NCBI GenBank assembly: GCA_051362555.1
Contig: CM120646.1
Span: 10,044,001 to 10,108,000, forward strand
DNA from: Lingula anatina
Taxonomy: Eukaryota; Animalia; Brachiopoda
Direction of reading: 5' to 3'
Length of the DNA: 64,000 nt
The position numbers were made by a program, and so were the translations under genes. Shown here piece after piece: positions 10,795 through 23,835 of the stretch (within the stretch, counting starts at the first letter, position 1; each line of letters opens with the position of its first letter). Under the pieces are notes generated by a model. That model was not told the origin of the DNA and searched no databases. It saw nothing but the letters and a program-made list of their open reading frames with translations.

Positions 10795-12649
10795 CAGGGC
10801 CGTAGCCTGAGCAAAATGCCAGGGGGGGGGGCAGTAAGCGGACACGAGGGGGCGAAGCCCCCGAGGGGGGAGGGTCCCGAGGGGGGAGGGTGTGGGAGGG
10901 GGTGTCCCCCTCGCACGGTGTGGAAAATTTTTAAAAACTGTATGTATAATAGGGGAGACCGGGGCTAGTTGGACCCCGGGGTAAGTTGGCCCCCCGTCAT
11001 TTTCTGAAAAAGTAACTACTAGGTAAATAATTGGCCACATACTGTTGTAAAGTGACCGTAGCCTACAATGCTAAGGAAGTGTCGGCCGTTAAAAAGTTTT
11101 AATTAAGCGGTGAGTCCAAATAAACGATTTTTGCACCTAAAAGTAATTTTGTTGAAGAGATTTAAAAATCTATTTTCATAGGCTTTTGATCAAATATTAT
11201 ATAAGTATAGGGGATCAAACTGAAGCTCATTGTTTCAAGTTTCACAGAAATGTATCATCTTTGATCATTCTAGCACCATAAATGGCTGCCATCCCTTAAA
11301 ATAAATAATGTGCACCCGGGGCTAGTTGGCCCCCTTGACTCGGGGCAAGTTGGACCCTCATATTACCCACAATCCTTTGCGCGCAACGCTGTTTGAAATA
11401 AACAAGAAGTTGTAACTTCTTGAAATAAACAAGTTGGTGAAATTGACAAAGCTTGCCGGTGTTTACCGTCTGATTGATTTTTTTAAATTTGCTCTCTGGT
11501 GTCTTTTCGAAAATTTATAGTAGAAATGTTCTGTTGATTGTATGTATTAGAAAGCAAATCCATTGGACATTCCTTGGAAAAAACATTTATTTTACCTTAA
11601 TTCATTGTAAGGTGATTTTATTGTATTTATAGTGTTATATGTGGCCCCAAGGGGATTTTCCACCCCTCCCTAGATAGAGACCATTGTTGAAACAAACTCG
11701 ATGGTTTAAAACTGAATCTGTTACTTTCTTTTAAAACGTAAGTTCATAATTCGTTTTCATTCATTAAAAACCTGCTTTATAACATTATTAATTTATTCTT
11801 AATTAAAACAAAACAAATTTTATTGATAGATTTTTTTGGTTCTTGCAACACATACCCCCCCCCACACACACACACATACACACACAACGTGACGTACGGA
11901 AACCACAATAAATCTGCCTCATTTGAACTATTTATTCATCAAAGACTCTCAAAAATCAATTTAATAAATTAAAAATGTATAAAAATGTATTTCAAGGAGT
12001 TTACATGGGATATATATTTCATTTTCGTATAGGGGGGCCAACTTGCCCCGACCCTGGGGCCAACTTGCCCCCTGGCGGGGCAAGTTGGCCCCCTTGACGT
12101 CAACTGCGTTTTTTGTCAAATTGTGAGCCGTCTGGCATTATATTTGAAAAATAATGGCGTTGCATACGTAGCTTAGTCCACGGGGCTTACTTTGAAACCG
12201 GTTTTGTGACTCTAACCCATTCCTAGTTGGCTCTACAAGGCCAAAAGTGTCTTACTGGGCCAACTAGCCCCGGTCTCCCCTACTGCATTCTGGTGCATTT
12301 TAACTGTATTTTATTGGTCAATCAGAAGTCAGAAATTGTGGGTTCATTTTGCCATAAGTAGCCCTACAGTCATTTTTTCAACACAACACGCCAAGTGGCC
12401 TGGGGGATAGCTCCCCCAGGGAGGGTGAGCTTTTTGGCATGAACTGAGTTGGCTAAAAACAGTGCACCTTTGAAAACAGATTGTTGAATGATTGTCTAGT
12501 GGCCATGAGTGCCTTTTCTCACAGAATTGATACCAACTTTGCAATTATTTTTTTTACCTTGGCGATTTTTTTTTTTTTTGCACCCCAATTTCCAGGGGGG
12601 CAGCTGCCCCCCCTGCCCCCCCCCTCCCCCCCCGGAGGCTACGGCCCTG
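10795..12649. mobile_element. GC-rich MITE with CAGGGCCGTAGC TIRs (middle layer of the nest)
   Basis: Perfect inverted ends CAGGGCCGTAGCCT and AGGCTACGGCCCTG with G/C-run subtermini. Confidence 0.8.
10950..12282. mobile_element. Non-autonomous Tc1/mariner-pogo-like element (innermost layer)
   Basis: TIRs TA-GGGGAGACCGGGGCTAGTTGG and CCAACTAGCCCCGGTCTCCCC-TA; internal GGGGCAAGTTGGCCC repeats in both orientations; TA flanks. Confidence 0.85.
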
Positions 12650-12677
12650 CGGTTGTGACCGAGGTTTTACTCACATA

Positions 12678-12863
12678 GAGCGCATTCAGGACAGCGGACT
12701 AACAGATCCGCGGATCAAATATGGCGACCTACTAAAAAGCTTGCCGCGCTTAATTCCCGATCAGGCACTGAATAAGTTCCTCGCGGGGATTACGCAGTGA
12801 CATTTTAATGGGTCGGCCATATTTGATCCGCAGTTCTGGTAGTCCGCTGTTCTGAATGTGCTC
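12678..12863. mobile_element. 186-bp palindromic Harbinger-like MITE
   Basis: GAGCGCATTCAGGACAGCGGACTA..GGATCAAATATGGC is inverted at the right end; ATA direct repeat on both flanks. Confidence 0.8.
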
Positions 12864-15800
12864 ATAGTTAGTACGTTTGTATGACACAGACAACCTATGT
12901 TGGGTCATTAAAAATAATAATAATAAAAGAAAAAAACTTGCGCACACGCGAGAGAAAGATAGGGAGAAAAAGAGTTAAAGAACAATAAGAGTGAAATAGA
13001 TTTATCCGAAATTTTGATAAAAACATTTGGCGTTTATTCAATCATCATCGGGAACAGCCTCACAGACGATTGTATTACACACAGATATCATATCTATATA
13101 ATTCTAGAACTAATTCGGAGATCGTTTATGGCAAATTTATTAGAATCACTGTTAGAAGTATTGATACATTTTGAAAAAAATCAAGCTTTCACTTGTAAAA
13201 ATATATGAAAACGGCGGAAAATGAAATTATCAGGTGCAGAAATCTGTTTTTCTTAGGCCTAGGTAACATTATTTAATTTTTTAATATACTGGATATATAC
13301 TGGCTATATTTGGATCAGGTCAGGAGAATCGGTCTGTTGATTACACAGTGGTCATACGGAGCCCCTTCAGACTCAGTGCAATTACCGTACACCCTTCGTG
13401 CAGCTTCTTTGCTGATTGACACGTTGTAGAAACTGAGCGTTCATTTTTATATCTTTATTATTTTAGTACCCATGTGATCATTAAGAAGAAACACACAACC
13501 TCATATATAAACAATTGGATAAGACTAAAGTCTAAACATTTTAACAATTAATGTGTCTCCTAAGAGAAAGGGGAAGATATAAAGGACAATAAAAAGATCA
13601 ACAACAGGTTCGCCCAGAGTGGTCAATAGAGGAGTCCATTGAGATGGTAGCTGAGGATTATAGGTTGCCTTGACGATATTTGATTTTAAGTTAAACATAT
13701 TATCATTTACCAGCACTTATAAGGTCATTTCTTTAAGAAAATATTTATCCCCCGCCCCCATCCCCCAGCTCCCGTCTGACCTTCTGTCTTCACTAACACA
13801 ATACGGTGATATTTGTGGAGGCCGTCACAATCAAGGTTGAGACAGCATCAAAATCAAAACACCGCAGCCTATATGACACATTTCCCTTATTAACAGAGAT
13901 TGTTCATTCGAAAGAGGCAGAGAACATATGTTGGGGCATAAAAATAACGTGCACAAGAGAGAAAAAGGTAGGAAGAAAAAGAGTTAAAGAACAATAAGAG
14001 TGAAATAGGTTTGGCCGAAACTTTGTAAAAAAAAAAACATTAATTTAATCAACATAGGGAACAGATTGACAGTCGATTGTATTACACACAAATTTAATCT
14101 TTATGTAATTCTAAGACTTACTTCGGAGATCATTTATTGCAGAAATTTTTATAATCATTGTTAGAAGCACAAATCAATTTTTTTAAATTCAAGATTCCAT
14201 TTTTGAAAATAAATGAAATCGGCGGAAAATGAAAATATCAGGTGCAGCAATCTGTTTTACTAAAGCCTAGGCAACATTATTAAAATATTATTTAAATATT
14301 GGATCAGGTCAGGAGAATCGGTCTGTTGATTACACAGTGGTCATACGTAGCCCCTTCAGACTCGGTGCAATTACCGTACACCCTTCGTGCAGCTTCTTTG
14401 CTGATTGACACGTTGTAGAAACTGAGCGTTCATTATTATAGTTTTATTAATTTAGCACCAACGTGATCATTATGAAGAACCACACAACTTCATATGAAAA
14501 CAATTAGATAAAACATAATTCATCTGTACAATTGATTTGTCCTAAGAGAAAGGGGGAAGAAGAAGAGTACAATAAAAAGATCACCAACAGGTTCGTCCAG
14601 AGTGGTCAATAGAGGAGTCCATTGAGACGGTTAAAGAAAGAGAAAATTAACAATATTATGAAGCATCCGTCGGTGAGAGCATTGCTCTGTGTATATTTTT
14701 GTATTGATATTTTGATTTGTCAGGGGCTTGAATTATCATGCTCATCCTAGCAGTATTATTTCGTGAAATATATCCTTTTCACTGATTGACTATTCATAGA
14801 TGTTTTTATCTACAACTAATTTTAGAGATCGTTTATGACGGGAATTGTGATTTATAATTACATATACATATATGCATTCTTTCTTTCCAGGCCGTTATTA
14901 TTATTTTAATAATTCAGTTATAATTGCTTGTCTAAAAGTATAGGTAGATTATCTCTTTCTCTCACTAAATAAGTTATTTACAAGCTTTATCAGTTTTATA
15001 AAAGTTTGTTCATGGTTTACTTATACAGAATCTTTTCAGCATTCAATGAACTGTTGTGTTCGTTTGATATTGTGTATTGATGGTTGAACAGAAAACCAAA
15101 AGACATAAGGGGCAGTGAAAACTTTTGCTACTTCTAAACTGGCCATACCTATTGTTGAGATGAAAATTTTTGATTTTGTTTTCAGAATTTTTAAAACTGT
15201 TTTGCCATCTCTCTTGCCTACTAAGAGCCGTGTCCCCATGACTAGCGACCTCCGCGTTAATACAACCAGGGAATTATATCGACGACTACGCTGTAATTCC
15301 CTGTTAAAATGCAACTTCAGGCCGTTGGTCACCAATGTAATTATGGATCCTAGGTCTTTACGGGGATCATTTAAGTCCAAAATTCATAAATTATATCTCT
15401 AAATATATAATATGTAAGTTTTATCTCTACCTTGCCATCGATTAACATCCCCTGGTATTTGCGTCATGGGTGCCACACACTTGTATCACTACAAATCGAA
15501 CCGATATAATAAAGCATTTTCTAATAATTTTCTCAAAATATAAAAAGAAGCAGCACAAAGGGTTTGCATCATTGTTTATTTTCATCATATTAAATTTTGT
15601 ACTGAAAAATCTCCAATAAAGAGGGCCAAACTTGTTGTATGATGTAATATAGGTATTGGTCCACTAGACCACTTATTCCCCCTGGAAAGCTAGCGGCCCT
15701 ACGTCCGGCTTATGCTGTTTGGAAAGTGCCGCGTTAGGGCGAGCTCCTTTAAGAAGCTCGTACTTGTTTCCTGAAAAAATCAGAATCAATAAATTGGTTA

Positions 15801-16169
15801 AATTCTAAAATATTTCTCCAAACTTTCCCAATAGATTGAAGTTCAATTGATTATTAATTTGATAAGAATAATGAAACCCATAATTATTTATTCGTGGGAG
15901 TCGCAGAATTTTCAAACAGCCTAAGTTGGGGGGGGGGGTTCTCATTATACATGTCTTATACAGATCTTAAGATGAATTTAAATACTAAAGACGTATCCGC
16001 CTACCAACAATTTCTGCCATCATGCACGTGCCGTAGCCGCTGGGCAGTTTCCGAACGGAGTCTGTGTCGTCAAAACAGAGAGGGTGTGGGTGCCCCTCCG
16101 CTACGTCAGCGGCAGCTACAAACGACATTTAAGCATATATCTTATAATTACTGTATTCTGTGTACTCGA

Positions 16170-16186
16170 ACACACACAAACATACA

Positions 16187-16234
<48 letters not shown>
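16170..16234. repeat. (CA)n(GA)n microsatellite
   Basis: Direct reading. Confidence 0.95.
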
Positions 16235-16236
<2 letters not shown>

Positions 16237-17699
16237 TAGGCATACGACACGGCTGTCACCATTGCTGCATGAACCTAAAAACCAAATAAAACGACATGAA
16301 ATACATAAAAGGATTTACCAAACTAGTCTACCATTAAAAAAAACACCATTCAAATTGACTTTTAAGTTTTTAATGAATGTATTCCCCGTACAGTCGACAA
16401 CACAAGGACATTATTTAGTTCGTGTGGACTCTATATCTACGGTATGGGGCGATTTCATAAAATTCGTTAAAAATACTAAATCGATTTTGATCGTTTTTCA
16501 CATGTAAGCTTTATTGGTATTCTGAATTTGTTCTATGTGGTATTTATGTTCATTGACCAATCAAGGTGATGACTGAGCGTGGAATACACTTTCTGCACGA
16601 CCCAGTTACGACATGAACAGTTCAGGGCTGTGTCACCAGAGAGAGAACAGCAGATAGTTATAGAGACATCAGTAAAGAAAACCCCGTCTTTTACATATCA
16701 CTGTTATCCAATCAACGGTCTCCTAGAAAATGGTGTATGCATTGCCATCATCTAACATACGATCCTCTGCTTTATAATATCACGCTTCCCCCAAAGACAG
16801 GCATCATGTTGACGCAAGCAATGTCATTTTATACTTGTACATCGCAGAAAGGCAAGCCATTATCCACAGCTATTTTTGCTAATAACCATATCTGATTGTT
16901 TGGGGGTGCGTGAGACATGTGAGACATGCGTGAGATGCATGCCTCGAGTGCTCATACCTACTGAGTAGTGACTTGATTGTCTTATTTAGTTCATCGAAAA
17001 GAGTTCTCTAATGGAATCTCTCATGTGACTCGATTTTCCCTTCTTTATTTTTACGAATATACGACTGATGAACAAAACATTTATTGCTTAACTAAGCAGA
17101 TATTATCAAATCAGATATTATCTAAAGAGATACCTCAATATTATCAACAGAGAGTGGATGAAAATATGAAAACATTTTCTTACCGTAAAAATAGCAGTCG
17201 TTATCTTTGTTACAAGGGATATTCTTGTAGCACATCTTACTCCAGCACACAGTGCGGCCACTGTGGTCTCTACAGTCCATTGAAGTTCTGCAACTCTGAA
17301 AAAAATACATTATGTATCTATCCATATCTTCATCTCACATTCTGTTTATGAACGGTTATTTTACCAATTGGCGTTAATTTACATGTACCTATGTTACAGG
17401 TATGGCAAGCTTTATTTCAAATTTCATTGAATGTCAACCAATCACTTTTGAGCTATTGAAATATAAACCTGGGGATTTAAGCGACCACATATGGATGTGT
17501 AGATCAATATATACCCATATTTCGACAAAATTTTGTTACTTTATGTGCATATGGAATACGCTTGTTACCTCGAGGTTAACGCCAATACAACACAACGTAT
17601 ATGCTGTCAAGATACACCCTTGGTAAAAACACGTTTGTCAGCAGCTGTGATGCCTACATATCTTTATTTTATCTATCTATTAAGGACGCAAACATCTAC

Positions 17700-18050
17700 C
17701 AATCTCCCAAAGTGTTAACATCTCCCAGTCACCCAGGTGTTAATATCCCTCAGTCTTCTTAAGTTTTCTATCTCCAACTGTATCTAGGAGTTAATTTCCC
17801 CAAGCCTCCCTTCTTCTCCCAGTCTCCCTAGATGTTACAAACTGTAACATCTCCCAGTCTCCCTAGGTATTATCTTCCTCCAGTCTCCCTTCTTCTCCCA
17901 GTCTACCTAGATGTTACAAACTGTAACATCTAGGTAGACTGTAACATCTCCCAGTCTCCCTAGGTATTAACTTCCTCCAGTCTCCCTTCTTCTCTCAGTC
18001 TCCAAAGTTGTTAACATCGCCCAGTCTCCCTAGGTGTTCACTTCCCCTAG
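17700..18050 (+). repeat. Degenerate minisatellite (~25 bp, CATCTCCCAGTCTCCCTAGGTGTTAA-like)
   Basis: More than 10 variant copies of CTCCCAGTCTCCC. Confidence 0.8.
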
Positions 18051-18271
18051 ACTCTATTCCCATAGATTTTAGATCGATCTATCCCCGCGGGGAGTCTCAC
18101 TAGATTACTTTCAGATAAGCCGACTTAAATGTCCGTCCCGCCTACTACAAGCTGTAAGAGGGTAATTAACTTTCGTGTCCGCCCGGCTGACAGCTATTTA
18201 GCGTGAACCCCCAGGGAGTTAGGTCGATCTAAAGTAGATCGATCTAATCTCTGGAAATGGGGTCCTAGTCT
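18048..18271. mobile_element. Foldback MITE, same family as 321-543
   Basis: TTCCCATAGATTTTAGATCGATCTATCCCC..GGGAGTCTCACTAG and inverted right arm. Confidence 0.7.
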
Positions 18272-18299
18272 CTCTCTCCCCCCCCCCCCCCCCCCCCGG

Positions 18300-18518
18300 T
18301 CACGTACGCAGGTAGCAAGACAAACTCAAGAAATGAGTACAATTTCCACGGCCCCTGCACCTTGCAATTAACGTTCCTGCTTGAAAGGACATCTCATTTG
18401 GCCCTTGCAACTCGCAAGGCAGACTTTCGTCTACCTCTACGACCTCCACGGCTTCTACTGCACGCAAAATTCCCAGGGGACCTACGATCCTAAAATCTGT
18501 GCGGTTGTGACCGTGGCT
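18300..18518 (+). mobile_element. Right-end fragment of the 9890-12666 family
   Basis: ACAAACTCAA..GAGTACAATTTCCACGGCC..GATCCTAAAA..CGGTTGTGACCG matches 10630-10790 joined to 12650-12665. Confidence 0.75.
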
Positions 18519-19569
18519 GAAAACACATTAGACCTAACAAAACCATGATAGATTTCGAGGACTATAAAATTGTAAATTTAGAACTACCTAAAGGGCTGTG
18601 TCCCGAGTCCATTTTTTTTTTTTACAGTTACATGTTTTTAACATCTATTTTCACACAGGCGCTTTCCTGTGTGTATATTTGGGTAGAAGTGCCTTTGCAT
18701 CCAACTATTTACACCACAACAAAATATGCCTCTGTATGGGGTTCCTCATTAAATACTAATGACCAGGCGTGGAAGTGCCATGAAATATTCAACAAATACC
18801 GCAAAGCCGCAAATACCGCAAAACGACTGCAATTAATCTACACCTTATTGTGCGAAAGGTGTGACACGAATACATGCCAATATTATGAACATCATAATAA
18901 TTTGTGAAGGAAGGGGATTTAATTATTTGATTAATTTGCCGCCTGTCATTAAGCTCTTACCTGCGGAGTTTAAGTTTGCCGTTTAGGCGCCTTCAGAAAC
19001 CTTAAACGACAAGAATCCCATACAAATAATTCCCATCGATACAAGCAATATGAGCGATATGCGAAGTCCAAACTATAATAAGTCACTAGAAAAGATTCTT
19101 CAGCTGTTCCTGCAATCCCAGCAGTCCTTTTCATTTTCAGATTGATGAAAAATTTTACATGGATTACTTTTACAGAATGATACCGTAATAATTACGCTCC
19201 GTGGATGTCAGAGCAATATCGTTAGTTCCGAATATAATGAAGTACATTTGCAGTCTTTCAACTATATCAACAAACATTTCGCGAAACAATGGCGTACAAT
19301 GCCAAACATTTTGATGTGCCTAGTGTGATGGTTGAATGAAAAATATTAAATAGAATGGATACTAAAATGTTTTGTAGTTTATTCGAATACTTGGAAATCA
19401 CTCAAAAAAGTCAAGTGCACAATTTCAGAAACTGATAGCCAAAAGTCGCGAGACTTGCCGTAAAGTGAAGCTAAATTTGGATTTGAAAGAGAGTGGGGTC
19501 AGTTTTTAAGATGGCATTCCCGGCGCATAGAGTTTCTCCCTTATCGACAAAGAACAAGACTCGACCTAC

Positions 19570-19854
19570 CTCACGCGGATTCTCACACGTTTTCCAGTCT
19601 CTTATGACGTTAAGCATCGTAGACAGTTTAGGCTTTCCTATTTCTATTCTGATCTCTATCATGATTTCCAAAAATGAACACCTAATTTCGTTGGTCTAAT
19701 AAGATTGGAATGCTTCATTATTTTGTCTTTTCTGTACAGTAAAAATTGATGACCTGAATGCATAAAAAGAAAATCATGTGTGGCATACCTCTCTTGCCTG
19801 TATAACAGCAACTGCACCAACCAGAACAAATACAGAAATGATCTTTCCGGCCAT
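19570..19854 (-). CDS. Putative small secreted protein, exon 1 (19854-19789) and exon 2 (19695-19570); downstream exons unresolved
   Basis: Exon 1 MAGKIISVFVLVGAVAVIQARE|GTATGC is signal-peptide-like. Exon 2 is TTATTAG|TNEIRCSFLEIMIEIRIEIGKPKLSTMLNVIRDWKTCENPRE|GTAGGT. Both junctions are phase 0. Confidence 0.5.
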
Positions 19855-19882
19855 AACAACTTATATGATCAGCATAAGAGTG

Positions 19883-19928
19883 AACTGAAACTGATCTTTG
19901 CAAGAAAACTCCGTATATTATATATATA
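19883..19928 (-). promoter_or_regulatory. TATA box and Inr core promoter candidate
   Basis: TATATATAA at 19928-19918, about 30 bp upstream of tandem TCAGTT Inr motifs (19894-19883), about 40 bp before the ATG. Confidence 0.5.
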
Positions 19929-20481
19929 GACTTCGGCCAAATAATAGTCTTGTAATAATGAAATAAATGATGAATAAACTCCCTGGTCGCTTATGGAATA
20001 ATAGCTATGATGAGTTAATTTCAATTATCTCAACACCATTGGTAATAGTTCAAATGGGGTTAATGTTTTTATAATTATCCTTAATATAACAAAAGCCTAA
20101 TTATAAAATAAACGTGTTCTAATTTTTACCATGAATATAATGATAGATGACGCATAATTTTGTGCACATCTGAAATTTGGCTAATTATAACGATAAATAA
20201 CAAAATCAAGTAATACTAGATTATATTCCTAGTGTCTGAATGTGGAAATATTCATAATAAAACCTACAGATCGGACTATACATTTACTGCTAGAATTACA
20301 AGGGAAGAACTGCTAGCAAAAGTTTTAGGCAATGCTTATATACGTGCACAGACGGACCTTTATACGAACCTATACAGAATAGAAGGCTCTCGTTTTTGTT
20401 AGTTTTTAACAATTTTGGCTCATGGTGTAACGCTTATCTATATGGCTTAGTGATAGGTAACTGCATCACAATCGCTACATA

Positions 20482-20719
20482 CACACACTGGACAATAGAA
20501 GTGTTACCCCCTGAATCTGAGTAATCAAAGTTATAATGCCTGGTTTACTTATAAAGTGACTAATGAGTATAAAACCGCTTCACCATGGAATTGTATTGTT
20601 GGTTTTTTTGTGAAATTTGATGTTAATAAAATGATACCAGGAGCATATCATTCCACAGTCAATTATCTCCCCCAAAGTATTGGTTAAGTAGGGGTGACAC
20701 TTCTATTGTCCAGTGTGTG
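20482..20719. mobile_element. Tc1/mariner-type MITE
   Basis: TIR CACACACTGGACAATAGAAGTGT(T/C)ACCCC at both ends, TA flanks. Confidence 0.85.
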
Positions 20720-21691
20720 TAGCACAAATAACAATAGTCCTAAAAACATGGAAATAACCACAATTTCCTTCATGCAATGAAGCATGCACAAATAATTTTG
20801 TAATATTCCCTACCGAGGCATAACTACAACCAATTTCCCGACAATTTTCCGACAATAACGAAAATTACCTTGTGCTTCAGTGGGTTTTAGCGGCGATGAA
20901 GTCCACCCGGAGTTTCACAGGTGAATGGAAGCATACTGACTCTGCTGGGTCCAGAAAGTTACTGGTTTCTGGTAACCTCTGAGACTCAAGCTGGTTTATA
21001 ATTATAGATGCAGACAGAAAAATGGCCACCAAGGATGTAAATACTTGGAAATCTCTTATACGCTGTATATCCCGGTGGTAAAAAGTCCGCAAAGCCCTGT
21101 TGAAAGATGGAAACTCGGCCATGTACCAAAGTGTATACAGTTTTTCTTCTTTTCTTTTCTTTTTATTTTATTAATTTTTTTTTGGGGGGGGAGGGGGGGG
21201 TAAAAATGAGACCTACCCCGGTACCTGCAGTGGTGACAGGATCCCACTTATGTATTCTTATACGTTTGTTGTTGGCCAATAATTTTAATGTATAAAGGAC
21301 AATGTTGCAGTGTCGACTTTGTGTAGTCATGCAACTATATGATTTAAGCAGTGTGCTTGTTTTATCATTTTAGCAATTCGGACTGGAAACCGTTATTTGA
21401 CCTTAAAACATTTTCAAATATAGATTAGACCATCATACTATCTGTTTGGTGAAGAAATGATCCTCTTTACATTTTCATTTTCGATTGTAATCACAAATCC
21501 GCGGCTTCACGTCAGAAAGGGCAATTTTGTTTATTAGGCCTGCGTACACCGGTACATGTGGGTTATTTGTACCACTTTTGATATGTATTTAAACGCTGAC
21601 AGAAAACTAAGAAACTTTTGATGGACGAGAAAACAGGCAATGGCTAGCTAAACTTTGTCATTGAAATGCAAATGAAGTGACAAAGTTTGAG

Positions 21692-21733
21692 CAAGAAGTT
21701 ATAAAGAGAAGGCCTTCTCTTTATAACTTCTTG
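21692..21733. mobile_element. 42-bp perfect palindromic insertion with 7-bp TSD
   Basis: CAAGAAGTTATAAAGAGAAGG|CCTTCTCTTTATAACTTCTTG flanked by GTTTGAG direct repeats (21685-21691, 21734-21740). Confidence 0.85.
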
Positions 21734-23139
21734 GTTTGAGCAAGTTCACACGATACTGATGCTGAGCAACCTCAAGACTAAATGTATTTTTTAAAACTGC
21801 AGCCTACATACTGTGTGCCAAAAATAAAGATTTTTAACTTTTTTGTCAAGACTTGCTGAACCTTCAAACTTCGTCACTCCATTTGCATGATTTGTGAAAA
21901 TGAAATTTGACCCCACATTTAGAAATGTCGCTGTAATTCCCACAAAATTCATTCTTTTCCCGGTAAAATTTCAAAAAGTAACGAATGGTGCGTGCATTTC
22001 CCATCAATATTTGGTTAAAATATTTAAAATGTGGTTATTTTATAATTATTCAAGAAAAATGTTTCCGAACTTTTGGGCCGAGTATATATTAGACTGTATG
22101 CAATATATATAACACATTTCATGGAAAACTGTTTGGCCTGTTGTCTTCGAACTTACAAGATAGATGAATTTGATTTAGATACAGGTCGAGTTGGAAAACC
22201 AGCTTGATAGGATCATTTTCTTAAATGTTATTGTTTTTTTCTGGTGGCGAACTTCCCTGTTACAGATACCAGAGAATTCACCCTTTGAATTTCTAAAAGA
22301 CTCACATCTAGTCTTCTGCATTTGATAAGCCTATAACCACCCTTTTCTACAGTGACAAACTACGGCGAAAAGCATCGAGACAATTTTTGAAAGTTTTGTC
22401 AAAATATTTAATTTCGGAAACGTCTTCTTCTGTCATATTGTGGGATAAATTATTTTCTAAATTGGTTTAATGAGAAGATTAATATTAAACCGGAAGGCAA
22501 GCAAATGACATCTAATTTGTCTATTGACTGATTAAGATAGCCTCCTAATAGAGCCGCAGTATACCCTCTACCAGGGCCGCAGGTTAATTATATGCATTTT
22601 TTTTCAGCAGAGAATAGCCAGAGGCATATCTGTGAATATCCAGTGGAAAATCAATCGGTGATCCTAGTATTGGTAGAGACGCAGCAATTAATGGGTAGGT
22701 CAAGGTGTTGGGACATATTAAGGCGGGATGACAATCGTGCAGTGTTAATCAATGGAAGTGTATAATTTATCTGCCAGGATATCTAAACTGTGTGATTAAG
22801 GGAGAAACCAAAATACACCTGATATTTAAGTGTCATTTATTGCCTTCACATCTTAACATTTGTCTTCTTTGTGTTACTGTCGTGATTATCGAATTTACGA
22901 TAATTCTGCTATGTAAAGAGGAAGGTGCAATTTTTGCACAGTTACTGTAAACTACTGCTTTCATTGAAATGTGTTGACAAGGTACATTTATTTATCATCA
23001 GACATCTGAAAGCGGCTTAAAAAGACCAGTTTCGATACTCGGAGTAGTTAAAAAACAAGGCCATACAAAGAAATTTTAAAACAGCGCTTTAAATTTAGCC
23101 CGTATGACACAATAATATTGAGTACTTAACACCATCTAT

Positions 23140-23835
23140 TGGAACCACCTGGTCGGGTTGCACCGGACAAATTGCGAGAGATGATAACACAACGTTGCAT
23201 TCTTTGTACTGGTTTATTTTCTCTATACAAAAAGATGACCTTGCTTAACAACAAAGTGTTGGACGGAGTTAAAGTTGAAAGATAACCTAAAAATGTTTGG
23301 GTGTGCAGATGACAAGGCGTTGATATCAGACGACAACGATAAGCTTCAAATGCTGGAAAATGTACTAGTAGTCGCGGAAGAGAGTGAATTGTTAGGGCTT
23401 GATATCGATATAAAAATTACTCCTATGGCTTCCTAGAAAAAGATGCATATATCAGAACTATCTTGCAAATCTCGGTGAAAGGCAATGTTTTAAAGAAGAT
23501 TGATTAATTTGTGTACCTTAGCGACATGGTACGGGCAACAGGTATATGTAACGCCGGGTCAGACATGAAGATCGATAAATATATGTAAATCGATGTAACC
23601 ATACATATACAAGGACATGGAAACGGTTCTTACATCAACAAGTATGTTGGTGGATATTCATCTGCGATTACTGAAATACGATGTTTGTTTCTCACTGCTC
23701 TATTCATGTCAGAGCTGGATAATCAGCAAACAGATGGAGGTGGAGGATCGTTTGCAAGCGACAGACACATGGGTTTTAAGCAGAACCCTGAAGGTTTCAA
23801 AGACAAACAGGATCTCAAACATATTCCGTTAACTT
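23140..23835 (+). mobile_element. Decayed RTE/BovB-like reverse transcriptase fragment
   Basis: CADDKALISDDNDKLQ..VAEESELLGLDIDIK (YADD region) and SLLYSCQSWIISKQME..RLQATDTWVLSRTLKVSKTNRISN. Confidence 0.8.

Larger units (their letters stand above)
9890..12666. mobile_element. Outer TIR element (GCCTC(T/G)GTCACAACC ends) of a triple-nested stack
   Basis: Left GCCTCTGTCACAACC, right GGTTGTGACCGAGG; an uninterrupted right-end homologue lies at 18300-18518. Confidence 0.7.
9715..14630 (+). repeat. Diverged tandem duplication of a ~0.9-kb unit; copy 1 is split by the TE stack
   Basis: 9715-9880 matches 13716-13880, and 12890-13650 matches 13915-14630 (e.g. the shared GGATCAGGTCAGGAGAATCGG...AACTGAGCGTTCATT block); a third copy of the head lies at 40028-40160. 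Confidence 0.85.

Noticed and set aside
22608-22694. Isolated exon-like segment (TTTTCAG...ATGG|GTAGGT)
   Set aside because: No compatible partner exons or recognisable peptide
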